From the IMG/VR virus record IMGVR_UViG_3300000233_000006, positions 62,001 through 126,000 of that record: a stretch of 64,000 nucleotides of DNA; one strand, given 5' to 3'. The stretch's first letter is position 1; every line of letters begins with the position of its first letter. Origin of the DNA: an uncultured virus (IMG/VR IMGVR_UViG_3300000233_000006) (Duplodnaviria > Heunggongvirae > Uroviricota > Caudoviricetes). A program made the translations under genes and the position numbers. The notes under the pieces were generated by a model, which ran no database searches, was not told the origin of the DNA, and saw only the letters and a program-made list of their open reading frames with translations. Shown here piece after piece: positions 49,257 to 57,512 of the stretch.

Positions 49257-50684
49257 TTATTTCTTCTCAAGCCAATAAGGGTGGTAGCGACCGACGCGCA
49301 TCTCCAATAAATCAAGCGTCGATAAAAAAGGACGTTCCTGGTTTTCATTATTAAACACCCAATATGGACGTGAATTAAGTAAAATATTCCAGTCATAACC
49401 TTTAGCTTTAAGATCTTCATAAAGCTCTTTAGGTGTACAGATAAGTTCTTTGGGAAAGTTTTTCCACAACTTAAAAATCTGACACATTTCGGATGTGTAC
49501 AGAATCGCTGTCCTAAGTTTCTGATCGTCATCAATTTTAGACCTTACCGTGGGACGTGTAAGTTTAACGTCTGGATAAAGTGATAGATAATAATTAACGT
49601 TATTACCTTCAAGACCGAAACGGTCTTCATTTTTGATGTAATTAAATTCAGTCAAGGAAGGTAAGACACCTTCTGTTTGAGAGACGATAATCTCTAAATG
49701 AAACCCTGACGTTCCGGCCTTACCACGTAATTGGCGCATACTGACAGCAAACAAATCAACGTCACCAGAAACCTGATCCGAGGAAAACTTGGGGTATTCA
49801 GGTGCCTTAGTGCCTTGGTTAATTAAAGGTGCTGTATGGAACGTCTGCCAGCAGTTATTAAGCAAGAAAAAGAAACGGTCTGTGACGCCTTTAAGTTTAT
49901 CGCCATTTTTCAAACCTTGTAATTTCTTAGCAGGAGGGGGTGCGTACGGTCCTTTAGCGATCTCCATTTCCTTACCCACGTGACCGGTCATTAAAAAGAA
50001 ATGGCCGGAATTACCTGCGATGGTAGGAATGTCCATTAGGAAGCGCGCCTTACTAAGACCCTGGCGCATAAAGACGATGTTACCGCCAGACTCACCGAGA
50101 TCATTATCGTCCTGCAACTTAGCCACATCTTCAGTTTCAAATTCGCTTAAAGAGTCAATTTCACTGAAGGTTGGTGTGACAACCTTCAGAAGTGTTTTAT
50201 TATCACGATCAAGAAAAGGCGATTCGATCATCCAATCTCTTGTATTATCTTTCTTAGTCTTTAAATAATCCTTAAGGATACGATACCATTCATTTGCATA
50301 ATACTGGGATTTATCGCTAATCGACCAGATGCCGTCATTGAAGATATCGCCCGTCGGTTCGGTCTTTTTAAGCTCAGGAAACCGTGCAAGAAGATCCTTA
50401 AGATGAGATTCGTGTTTATTGATTTCAGTATCAAACGTCGTAACATGTGTCTGGTGCGCAGGAAGAACTTTCGATAAAGCAGACGCTGTCATGTAGTGCA
50501 TGATCGTGGATTTGAAGCTGTTCCCAATCCCCACAACTCCAGTAATCGCGCCAAGTCCACCGGCAAGAAGGTTTTCGCCGTGACGACCTTTAACATAATA
50601 ACCTGTAGGAATATCGAGTAAAGCGCCTAGATTTATCATGGTCTTAACGCTAGGTATTTGTTTAAAGCCAGGACGATCGTTCAT
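49257..50684 (-). CDS. uvsX: UvsX/RecA-like recombinase (phiKZ gp152-like)
   Basis: Walker A GIGNSFKST, FDTE, Walker B EIDSLS; 475 aa; synteny. Confidence 0.85.
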   Translation of the reverse strand: MNDRPGFKQIPSVKTMINLGALLDIPTGYYVKGRHGENLLAGGLGAITGVVGIGNSFKSTIMHYMTASALSKVLPAHQTHVTTFDTEINKHESHLKDLLARFPELKKTEPTGDIFNDGIWSISDKSQYYANEWYRILKDYLKTKKDNTRDWMIESPFLDRDNKTLLKVVTPTFSEIDSLSEFETEDVAKLQDDNDLGESGGNIVFMRQGLSKARFLMDIPTIAGNSGHFFLMTGHVGKEMEIAKGPYAPPPAKKLQGLKNGDKLKGVTDRFFFLLNNCWQTFHTAPLINQGTKAPEYPKFSSDQVSGDVDLFAVSMRQLRGKAGTSGFHLEIIVSQTEGVLPSLTEFNYIKNEDRFGLEGNNVNYYLSLYPDVKLTRPTVRSKIDDDQKLRTAILYTSEMCQIFKLWKNFPKELICTPKELYEDLKAKGYDWNILLNSRPYWVFNNENQERPFLSTLDLLEMRVGRYHPYWLEKK

Positions 50685-50793
50685 TTTTTTAGCTCAGTTA
50701 GGTGACCAAAACATAAGGAAGGTTTGAAAAAAATAACGACGAATAGTGTACACGCATAGAATCGTATGAAAAACAGTATCCGGAGCCACTTTT

Positions 50794-51642
50794 ATGAATT
50801 TCTTAGTCGATCAAGGGTACGTCTCTGAACACGCCGTTTATCTTAGAAAACGTCTTGCATTTGAGTCCACGATGCAAGATAACGTCGCAACCATTTTCAG
50901 GTCAGTCATCCCAGAATTCCAGAAATCCCTCAATGACGCATCGTCATCGATGATTGAGGCCTCAGGTAATTTTATCAGCTCACTTTTTAAAAGCGATGAA
51001 AAACGTTCGCTGGATATTCTTGAAAAGCTTAACTATACGGACATCTCAAGGATGGACGTCAGTGTCCCAGAAGGCTTTACAGGTCTATTAAAGGACTATA
51101 CTAAAACACATCTTGAATGGTGTTATAAGCTTGAGAAAAATGTCACCGAATCATCCGACTTACTTTATGCCCAACTCTCGATCTTTATAACCAATAAAGA
51201 AACGCGTCACGGCTCTCATGTCTCCGAAGACATGGTGAGAGAAGGTCGTAAACTAATCGACGAATACGTTCGTTTCAGATCAAACTTCTTTGATTCCAAA
51301 GATCACTACGCCCAAGCTAAACTCAATAAAGTTGTTCCCCAAAGAAAAGACTTTAAAGATATCTATACCGATATCAATGCGATAAAGACGCATCAAACGA
51401 CAGAGCGTCTCAGAAAAATGCATGAGCGTACGCGTTCGATTTCTAATCTCGTTGACATTCTACTCGATAACTTTAAAGTTAATGAGAACCCTAAAATAAG
51501 CGGTCCGATAGGCGAGTATTTGTCTGATGCCGTTTACATCCAGGCTCAAAAAATTAATATTTACGGCATGCACTTCCACGACAGCATCGTTTTATTTGAA
51601 ACGATCGACCGTCTAAGAACACGCATCTTAGAACTTACTTAA
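50794..51642 (+). CDS. Conserved virion/head protein (phiKZ gp153-like)
   Basis: 282 aa; VPEGF.G motif; between uvsX and RNase H. Confidence 0.65.
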   Translation: MNFLVDQGYVSEHAVYLRKRLAFESTMQDNVATIFRSVIPEFQKSLNDASSSMIEASGNFISSLFKSDEKRSLDILEKLNYTDISRMDVSVPEGFTGLLKDYTKTHLEWCYKLEKNVTESSDLLYAQLSIFITNKETRHGSHVSEDMVREGRKLIDEYVRFRSNFFDSKDHYAQAKLNKVVPQRKDFKDIYTDINAIKTHQTTERLRKMHERTRSISNLVDILLDNFKVNENPKISGPIGEYLSDAVYIQAQKINIYGMHFHDSIVLFETIDRLRTRILELT

Positions 51643-51649
51643 AGCAACA

Positions 51650-51686
51650 AGAGTAGCTTGGGTGGCAAGGCCACCCAAGCTACTCT
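51650..51686. terminator. Bidirectional terminator
   Basis: AGAGTAGCTTGGGTGGC-aag-GCCACCCAAGCTACTCT. Confidence 0.8.
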
Positions 51687-51695
51687 CTTAACCCT

Positions 51696-52064
51696 TTAGG
51701 TAATGTGATGGAGTTGGTCTTTGAGCTCAAAGACCCTCGAAATATCATCGAGCATAAGCTCTTTACTTCCATAAGTCAACCAGGAAGGCATCGTCTTGAC
51801 GATAATATCGGGATGATCCTGAATACGCTTTTCTTTGACCTCGACGTCATTCCAAATCGCTTTCTTAAACAAAAAGGGAAATTTTAAGGAATCGCTATCC
51901 GTATTGAGTTTAAAAAACGTATTGATTTTATCTAAGAGCGCGTTGTCGGGTTCTTTAATACCCTCGATTTCACCGACAAGCGTTGTGATGAAAATGATAC
52001 GTTTTATTTTCCTCGGTACATTTTCAGACAAACTCTTCTCAATAAATCGCTTTAAAAATGACAT
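51696..52064 (-). CDS. Hypothetical protein
   Basis: 122 aa, GAGGA RBS. Confidence 0.75.
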   Translation of the reverse strand: MSFLKRFIEKSLSENVPRKIKRIIFITTLVGEIEGIKEPDNALLDKINTFFKLNTDSDSLKFPFLFKKAIWNDVEVKEKRIQDHPDIIVKTMPSWLTYGSKELMLDDISRVFELKDQLHHIT

Positions 52065-52073
52065 ACAAAATCC

Positions 52074-53546
52074 TCAAGAAATGAAATAGGTACTTGCAAA
52101 ATAATTAGACCAAATACCCGAAGCGTTACGAGTCTTCAAAACGATCGCGTATTGAACCATCGAATCCCCATTAAACCAATGTACGAAGTAGACCGAGGGA
52201 TCATCGTCTTCGATCTTTTTAAGATTGTTTCTAGGCGGCGTATCCGAACCCAGAATAATCCTTACCTCTATAGGTTTACCTTTTTCCTTAGCCTCCAGAC
52301 AGTGAACGACAACATCCGTTGTCGGCGTAATATCCTTCTTTAAAACCTTTGAAGTTTTACTTTTTTCTTGAACCTCATCATAAAATAGACTTGTGATGTC
52401 GGTGAATATTAAGCCATTTCTCATAGTCGTGTTTTCGGATAACGAAGTATGAAAATCGGCAAGTATATGTTCAAGGTTTGTGAAAACGTCAACAACCCTA
52501 AAAATAAGACCTGGAGGCTGAATGTCTTCAACGACAGAAAGCCCGTCAATAAAATCAATTCCGAACTTAGGCTTTTTTTGATTAACGATACTTAAATCAG
52601 GGAATGCTGACGTCAAATGCCTAAAGTCCTTAGTGTAAATTTTATCAAGACGCATCACCATCACTGTTTCAAGGTCTTTGGAATACTCGGCTTGCCGATC
52701 TTTATACATTTCAATAATGTCGTCAGGGACATCCAATGAAAGTACACAGAACTTCGAATTATTCGATCGTTTACCAAACATGTGCTCAACCCCTGTTTTT
52801 CCGGGATAAGCCATGTGATACAAGCCTTTCTTGACTTCTTTAGCCGGATTAAAATAGAGGCGTCTATAATGTATAAGTGGGTTTATAACGATCTTAGGTG
52901 ACCAATAATCTGAAGATTCGTACGTTCTGAAAAGCTCATCGATTTCAGAACCTTCTTTTATTGACAACTGAAGACCAAGTTGGCACATGGTTCGAGCCAT
53001 TTCGTAACCAGGATAACTTATTTGAGAAGGATCAAAAACAAACTCGAATGTTAAACCTTTATCAAGACACGCGCGGTACGCGATATTGAAGTCTCGCCAA
53101 GGTTTAAAACACGGGATATTTCCGTGTTCGGCATTAAAAATACCCTTCTCGTGAAGTTTGGCGATATGCGTATTAATGAATGTTTCGATTCTTTCGCTAG
53201 GCGTAAAAATAAGAACGCCGTCGTCTTTTGAAGAATATTCAAGAAGGTTCTCGAGAATACGAATAATAGGCACGATACCTGAACAAATTTCTTTTTCTAA
53301 AACCTTCACAAAACCAAGTTTTTCATAAAAACTAACGACGGCCGACTGAGGCGTTTTTTCTCGTGTATCGATATAGCCACGCTCGGTGATATCAAACCCC
53401 GTAGGAGAAAGTCCCTTAGCTAAAGCCTTACCTTCTTCTTTAATCGATAAGCCGTGGACACCCCAGCCATGTACGTGCTTATCGTAAGGACTGGGTATAG
53501 CAAGCGTATAAAAAACGTATTTCATAGTAGAATCCGTGAGAGGCAC
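52074..53546 (-). CDS. RNase H-like protein (phiKZ gp155-like), catalytic residues apparently lost
   Basis: 490 aa; GWGVHG, PPGL, G.DTPPRN.L, GIWS motifs and synteny. Confidence 0.7.
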   Translation of the reverse strand: MPLTDSTMKYVFYTLAIPSPYDKHVHGWGVHGLSIKEEGKALAKGLSPTGFDITERGYIDTREKTPQSAVVSFYEKLGFVKVLEKEICSGIVPIIRILENLLEYSSKDDGVLIFTPSERIETFINTHIAKLHEKGIFNAEHGNIPCFKPWRDFNIAYRACLDKGLTFEFVFDPSQISYPGYEMARTMCQLGLQLSIKEGSEIDELFRTYESSDYWSPKIVINPLIHYRRLYFNPAKEVKKGLYHMAYPGKTGVEHMFGKRSNNSKFCVLSLDVPDDIIEMYKDRQAEYSKDLETVMVMRLDKIYTKDFRHLTSAFPDLSIVNQKKPKFGIDFIDGLSVVEDIQPPGLIFRVVDVFTNLEHILADFHTSLSENTTMRNGLIFTDITSLFYDEVQEKSKTSKVLKKDITPTTDVVVHCLEAKEKGKPIEVRIILGSDTPPRNNLKKIEDDDPSVYFVHWFNGDSMVQYAIVLKTRNASGIWSNYFASTYFIS

Positions 53547-53572
53547 ATTAGATAAACCTATTTTTTTCTTTT

Positions 53573-53824
53573 TTAAGGGATGTTGTTTTTAATACACTTT
53601 TCTTCCAATACCCTGAGCGCTTTCTCAATATTCATGTATTTGTGTGCAAGTTCGATCGTTGTGCCTGCAAGCGTAAGTGTCGTGTAAATAAGTGTAACGA
53701 TCATGAGAAAGTTTAGGAACTTAAATAGGTTAAAACGAGAATTTCTAAATTCGAGCTCTTCTTTTCTCGCACGAATAACGCTTCGTATAAAGGGTAAGAT
53801 CGATTCGATGATAAATCCGAACAT
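53573..53824 (-). CDS. Small membrane protein
   Basis: 83 aa with a hydrophobic segment LFKFLNFLMIVTLIYTTLTLAG; GGAG RBS. Confidence 0.7.
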   Translation of the reverse strand: MFGFIIESILPFIRSVIRARKEELEFRNSRFNLFKFLNFLMIVTLIYTTLTLAGTTIELAHKYMNIEKALRVLEEKCIKNNIP

Positions 53825-53880
53825 ATAAGGACTCCATGTTATGAATGCTCAAAGCCTGTGTTAATTTAAGGAGAATCCGA

Positions 53881-55179
53881 ATGAAGCAAGTAAAAGGCTT
53901 TTTGACGATTAACAATCTTGTTTTAAATGACAGCGTCGCCGTAAGTCTTCTTGGAGAAATATCGACGTGGTCACTGACTTATACCGTCGACCGCAGAAGT
54001 TATACTGACGAAAACTTTAGCGGGTTTGCGCTTGAAAGTTTATTCTCGTTAGATGACCAAGGTCAGCAAATCGAATTAAGTTCGGATGTTGCGACGCATA
54101 TTTTTGACTTAAGTCAAAAACTCATCACGTTTTCTGAAACGTATTCTGGTAATGTCAATAAAGACGATATTGCCTTTTATTTGGAGAGCGCGTACACAGG
54201 TTCGGTGACCGACGTTATTCCTGGCAATATTGTCGCGACACCTGGTATTGCCTTACCTGAATTTATTCAGTGGAAACACGTTCCTTCGGATACGTTCGTT
54301 CGTATCTGGTATTCGGACGACGCGTTTAAAAATGATTTCGATGAATACAAAATCGTTGTTGTCCCGCCCTTTGATAACATCGACGACTTCTTTCAAAACC
54401 CAGAAATCGTCAAGCAACGTCTGGAGGCCATGACCCCCGAAACGTATTTTGGACGTGTAGAGCGATACAAATCATACAATCCGGAAACGTATATCAAAAC
54501 AATCGAAGCGACATACGTTCGAAGCCATGTCAATCAGCCAACGTATACGGCCGAATCCTATTGGTCAGTCATCATCTACGGTGAGTACGGAAACAATATT
54601 GATGCGATCAAAGATGCGATCACCGAATACATTCTCGCCAATACAACGCATACCGAAGATGAATGGTTCGCTATTTTACCTGAACTGTTTGAACGCACTG
54701 AATTTGTTTTTGTTCCTTCGTACCATCGCGAAGCGATCCCTAATATGACCATTATGAGTGGCGTCTTTTCGCCACTTACGCCTGTGATTCAAGACAGTCT
54801 TCTTGCAAAACAATACGCAATGTTTTATCCAGAACAACATACGGTTAACGTCATGTCTGTTTTAGCGTTCCCGTACCGATCATTACTACATTACGTTATT
54901 GGAGGATATCGGAATCGCGAATCGAAGTTTTTCCTCAATGACTTCCTACCTGATTTCATTAACGTTAGTACATCCTCACTTGACTTTAACCGAATGTCTT
55001 TGGTGACGAAGGAATGGGTTCTTAAAATGGAACGCGCGATTCAGCTTGCTGAAGACGTAACAACAATCGACGTTGTAAGAAAACCTTATCGTAAAGCTTA
55101 TCGACTAGGACGCATTTACATTGCGTTTGTTCACGATAATGTCCAATATCTGGTGCTTACACAGTCTTCACGAGACTAA
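53881..55179 (+). CDS. Virion structural protein (phiKZ gp157-like)
   Basis: ATG at 53881 with AAGGAG RBS; GEIS.WS.TY, IYG..GNN.D, DFNRMS motifs. Confidence 0.7.
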   Translation: MKQVKGFLTINNLVLNDSVAVSLLGEISTWSLTYTVDRRSYTDENFSGFALESLFSLDDQGQQIELSSDVATHIFDLSQKLITFSETYSGNVNKDDIAFYLESAYTGSVTDVIPGNIVATPGIALPEFIQWKHVPSDTFVRIWYSDDAFKNDFDEYKIVVVPPFDNIDDFFQNPEIVKQRLEAMTPETYFGRVERYKSYNPETYIKTIEATYVRSHVNQPTYTAESYWSVIIYGEYGNNIDAIKDAITEYILANTTHTEDEWFAILPELFERTEFVFVPSYHREAIPNMTIMSGVFSPLTPVIQDSLLAKQYAMFYPEQHTVNVMSVLAFPYRSLLHYVIGGYRNRESKFFLNDFLPDFINVSTSSLDFNRMSLVTKEWVLKMERAIQLAEDVTTIDVVRKPYRKAYRLGRIYIAFVHDNVQYLVLTQSSRD

Positions 55180-55183
55180 GTCC

Positions 55184-56185
55184 ATGAGTACGTTAGATTA
55201 CCTACCCTTTACACCGACCATCGGTGTTAAAGGATCGTTTATTGTCGACCCTATTTTTAGCAATCGCGTTATCGCTAATAAAGAATATACCATCGTCGAA
55301 TTACGTCAACTTGTTGAATTGGTGAAGAGTCGTGAAAACGTTCTTAACACCGTATATATTTCACAAGGCTTAACTCACGATGATTACGTTGACGGGATCG
55401 CCAACGGCGCACTCATTATTTCTTTAAGATCGATTGATGACGTCATTGTAAAAATTCCGTCAAACTATCTTCTTGGCGTACCTGCTAAACAAGGTATAAA
55501 ATATCAAAACATCGGCATGTCGGTCGACATCGGATCCATGCCCTTTGACTTTAACTTCGAGTGGGTTCGTTACGAAGTTGAAGAATTGTTTAAAAAACTT
55601 ATCGGTGCGCAAGTCAGTACTGTTAAACTAGAAAACTCACCTATCTTTTATTTAGATCGTGAGGAGGACATTGTCTTAAGACATGATCTAAAACAAACCA
55701 TTACGAACTATCCAAATCCGGAAGATCGTATCCTCGAACTTGAAACAATCAATGCAGCGCTCACTAATAAGCTCATCGCACTTGAAAATTTCATATCGCT
55801 TAGCGGAACCGCACTTGATCTTTGTAACCTTTGTCCAGAGTGCCCAGACTGTCCGGAGATACCGGACTGCCCGGACTGTCCGGACTGCCCGGAGATACCA
55901 GACTGCCCGGACTGCCCAGGCCCTGACCCCATCATAGACCCGATCCCTGACCCAACGCCAGATCCTGATATCGATATCATTGTTGATCCAGGATGTACCG
56001 ATACAAAACGTATCGCTTACTTTAAACTTAACATGTCGATTGAACGAATGATTGAGGATAGTGCACGCGCATGTTGTGACGATATTAATGTTGACGCTGA
56101 CGTTGATATCGCTTATAAAGTTGTGCCTGACTGCGAAACAGTCTTTGTCGTTAGAGACATCAATACTGACGACTGTTGTTGTTAA
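55184..56185 (+). CDS. Putative virion protein with Cys/Pro/Asp-repeat C-terminal extension
   Basis: ATG at 55184, 4 nt after the upstream stop; CPDCP repeats. Confidence 0.75.
   Translation: MSTLDYLPFTPTIGVKGSFIVDPIFSNRVIANKEYTIVELRQLVELVKSRENVLNTVYISQGLTHDDYVDGIANGALIISLRSIDDVIVKIPSNYLLGVPAKQGIKYQNIGMSVDIGSMPFDFNFEWVRYEVEELFKKLIGAQVSTVKLENSPIFYLDREEDIVLRHDLKQTITNYPNPEDRILELETINAALTNKLIALENFISLSGTALDLCNLCPECPDCPEIPDCPDCPDCPEIPDCPDCPGPDPIIDPIPDPTPDPDIDIIVDPGCTDTKRIAYFKLNMSIERMIEDSARACCDDINVDADVDIAYKVVPDCETVFVVRDINTDDCCC
55832..55920 (+). repeat. Degenerate 9-nt tandem repeats encoding CPE/CPD/IPD units
   Basis: TGYCCRGAS-type units; CCGGAGATACC occurs twice. Confidence 0.8.
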
Positions 56186-56191
56186 AAAAAA

Positions 56192-56237
56192 AGAGATAGT
56201 GGTGCCCTGGGTAGCTACCCAGGACACCACTATCTCT
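56192..56237. terminator. 46-bp near-perfect palindrome between convergent genes
   Basis: AGAGATAGTGGTGCCCTGGGTAG|CTACCCAGGACACCACTATCTCT, one mismatch. Confidence 0.75.
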
Positions 56238-56853
56238 AAACGTACATCGTCAACACATTTTTAATGTAAGTGAATAATCCGTAGCCTGTAATTTGTGGTT
56301 TTTCTGTATAGGAAAAAGTTATTGGCTCACCCTTTAACTTAAATTCTACCAACTTTACATCAGACAGATCAAGCCACAAACTCAGACCGTTCGTATTGAA
56401 ATATACTCCTTCACGATGAACTATCGACACGTTAAGACCTGAACTAACTATATTACACATACCGTAATGCTCGCTGTATTTCGCTAGACCTATTTCGTTA
56501 AGATGGTAAAACACATTTACATCGAGATCTTTCTGCTGCAACATTGTTGCCAGTTCGTTTAGCAACGCCATTTTTTCGCTTGAAGACTTATCGAGATTCG
56601 AACCTAAAAAAACCCACTTCAAATCAGTTTCCATAGGAACCCTGTCGGAGATCCTTACTCTCGAAATGTCCTTATAGTCAATCGAAAAGACTGTGTCTAT
56701 ATCTGATTTAAGAGAAATACTCGTTTCACTTAAATCCGATATCTGTTTCCAGTCATTCAATAACTTCATAGCGTTACTAGACTTCATGAAAAAAACGTAG
56801 TCATTTTTTTCAGTTATGATCTCAACGCTAAATAAATCTCGCAAACTATCCAT
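56236..56853 (-). CDS. Hypothetical protein
   Basis: 205 aa, GGGGTG RBS. Confidence 0.75.
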   Translation of the reverse strand: MDSLRDLFSVEIITEKNDYVFFMKSSNAMKLLNDWKQISDLSETSISLKSDIDTVFSIDYKDISRVRISDRVPMETDLKWVFLGSNLDKSSSEKMALLNELATMLQQKDLDVNVFYHLNEIGLAKYSEHYGMCNIVSSGLNVSIVHREGVYFNTNGLSLWLDLSDVKLVEFKLKGEPITFSYTEKPQITGYGLFTYIKNVLTMYV

Positions 56854-56888
56854 AAATCACCCCATTATTTAAAGACTATGAATAACAA

Positions 56889-57440
56889 CTATTGATTTGT
56901 TAACGCACAATAAAATTCAGTTGATTCGTCAGGGTGTTTCTTATTGCGCATCGACGTATACCGTATAATGTTTGACTCATTTGTTTTTTCACGTTTCACA
57001 AAACCAAGCATTGCTGCGACTGACAAAAAAGAACTCCTGTATTCTTCGGGAACGTGAATTACTTCCTTTTCTTTCACACCATCTTCAACGTTGACGAGTT
57101 GTTTCAAAATAGCTACGCTAGAATCCCCTTCACTATTTTTTTTCACAATGTCATACATCGAATTATAACTCAGAATAAGTTCTTGTTCTGGGTTATACCA
57201 CGCCGTTAATACGTAACTGACTCCAGGAGGCATCATTGATTTATCAGGATTATTAGGTTCTTCAAGACCTAAGTAGGCAACAAGATCTTTATGCCCGTTA
57301 CGTAATTGCTGGAGATTTACAATCCGAGCATATTTAAGAGCTTCAGGTAAAAACTGTACAACGTGTACGGTATCTGCGCCATTGACAGATAATGTTAATT
57401 CGATCGTATCACCTACGATTTTAGCGTGCGAGAGTTTCAT
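56889..57440 (-). CDS. Hypothetical early protein
   Basis: ORF 56889..57482; ATG at 57440 preferred (AGGAG RBS; upstream ATG abuts the promoter). Confidence 0.7.
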   Translation of the reverse strand: MKLSHAKIVGDTIELTLSVNGADTVHVVQFLPEALKYARIVNLQQLRNGHKDLVAYLGLEEPNNPDKSMMPPGVSYVLTAWYNPEQELILSYNSMYDIVKKNSEGDSSVAILKQLVNVEDGVKEKEVIHVPEEYRSSFLSVAAMLGFVKREKTNESNIIRYTSMRNKKHPDESTEFYCALTNQ

Positions 57441-57486
57441 GGGAGTAGCTCCTAAAAAAATAATACGACCAAGGTTAGTCATGAAT

Positions 57487-57494
57487 GTAATATA
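57487..57494 (-). promoter_or_regulatory. Early promoter TATATTAC
   Basis: Exact motif in the intergenic gap after sbcC. Confidence 0.7.
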
Positions 57495-57512
57495 TACCTG
57501 ACTTTATTTACC

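Noticed and set aside
55832..55920. Possible CRISPR array here, at 37239-37290, 40203-40251 or near iscB
   Set aside because: The repeats are in-frame coding tandem units without unique spacers; no repeat-spacer pattern was seen anywhere.
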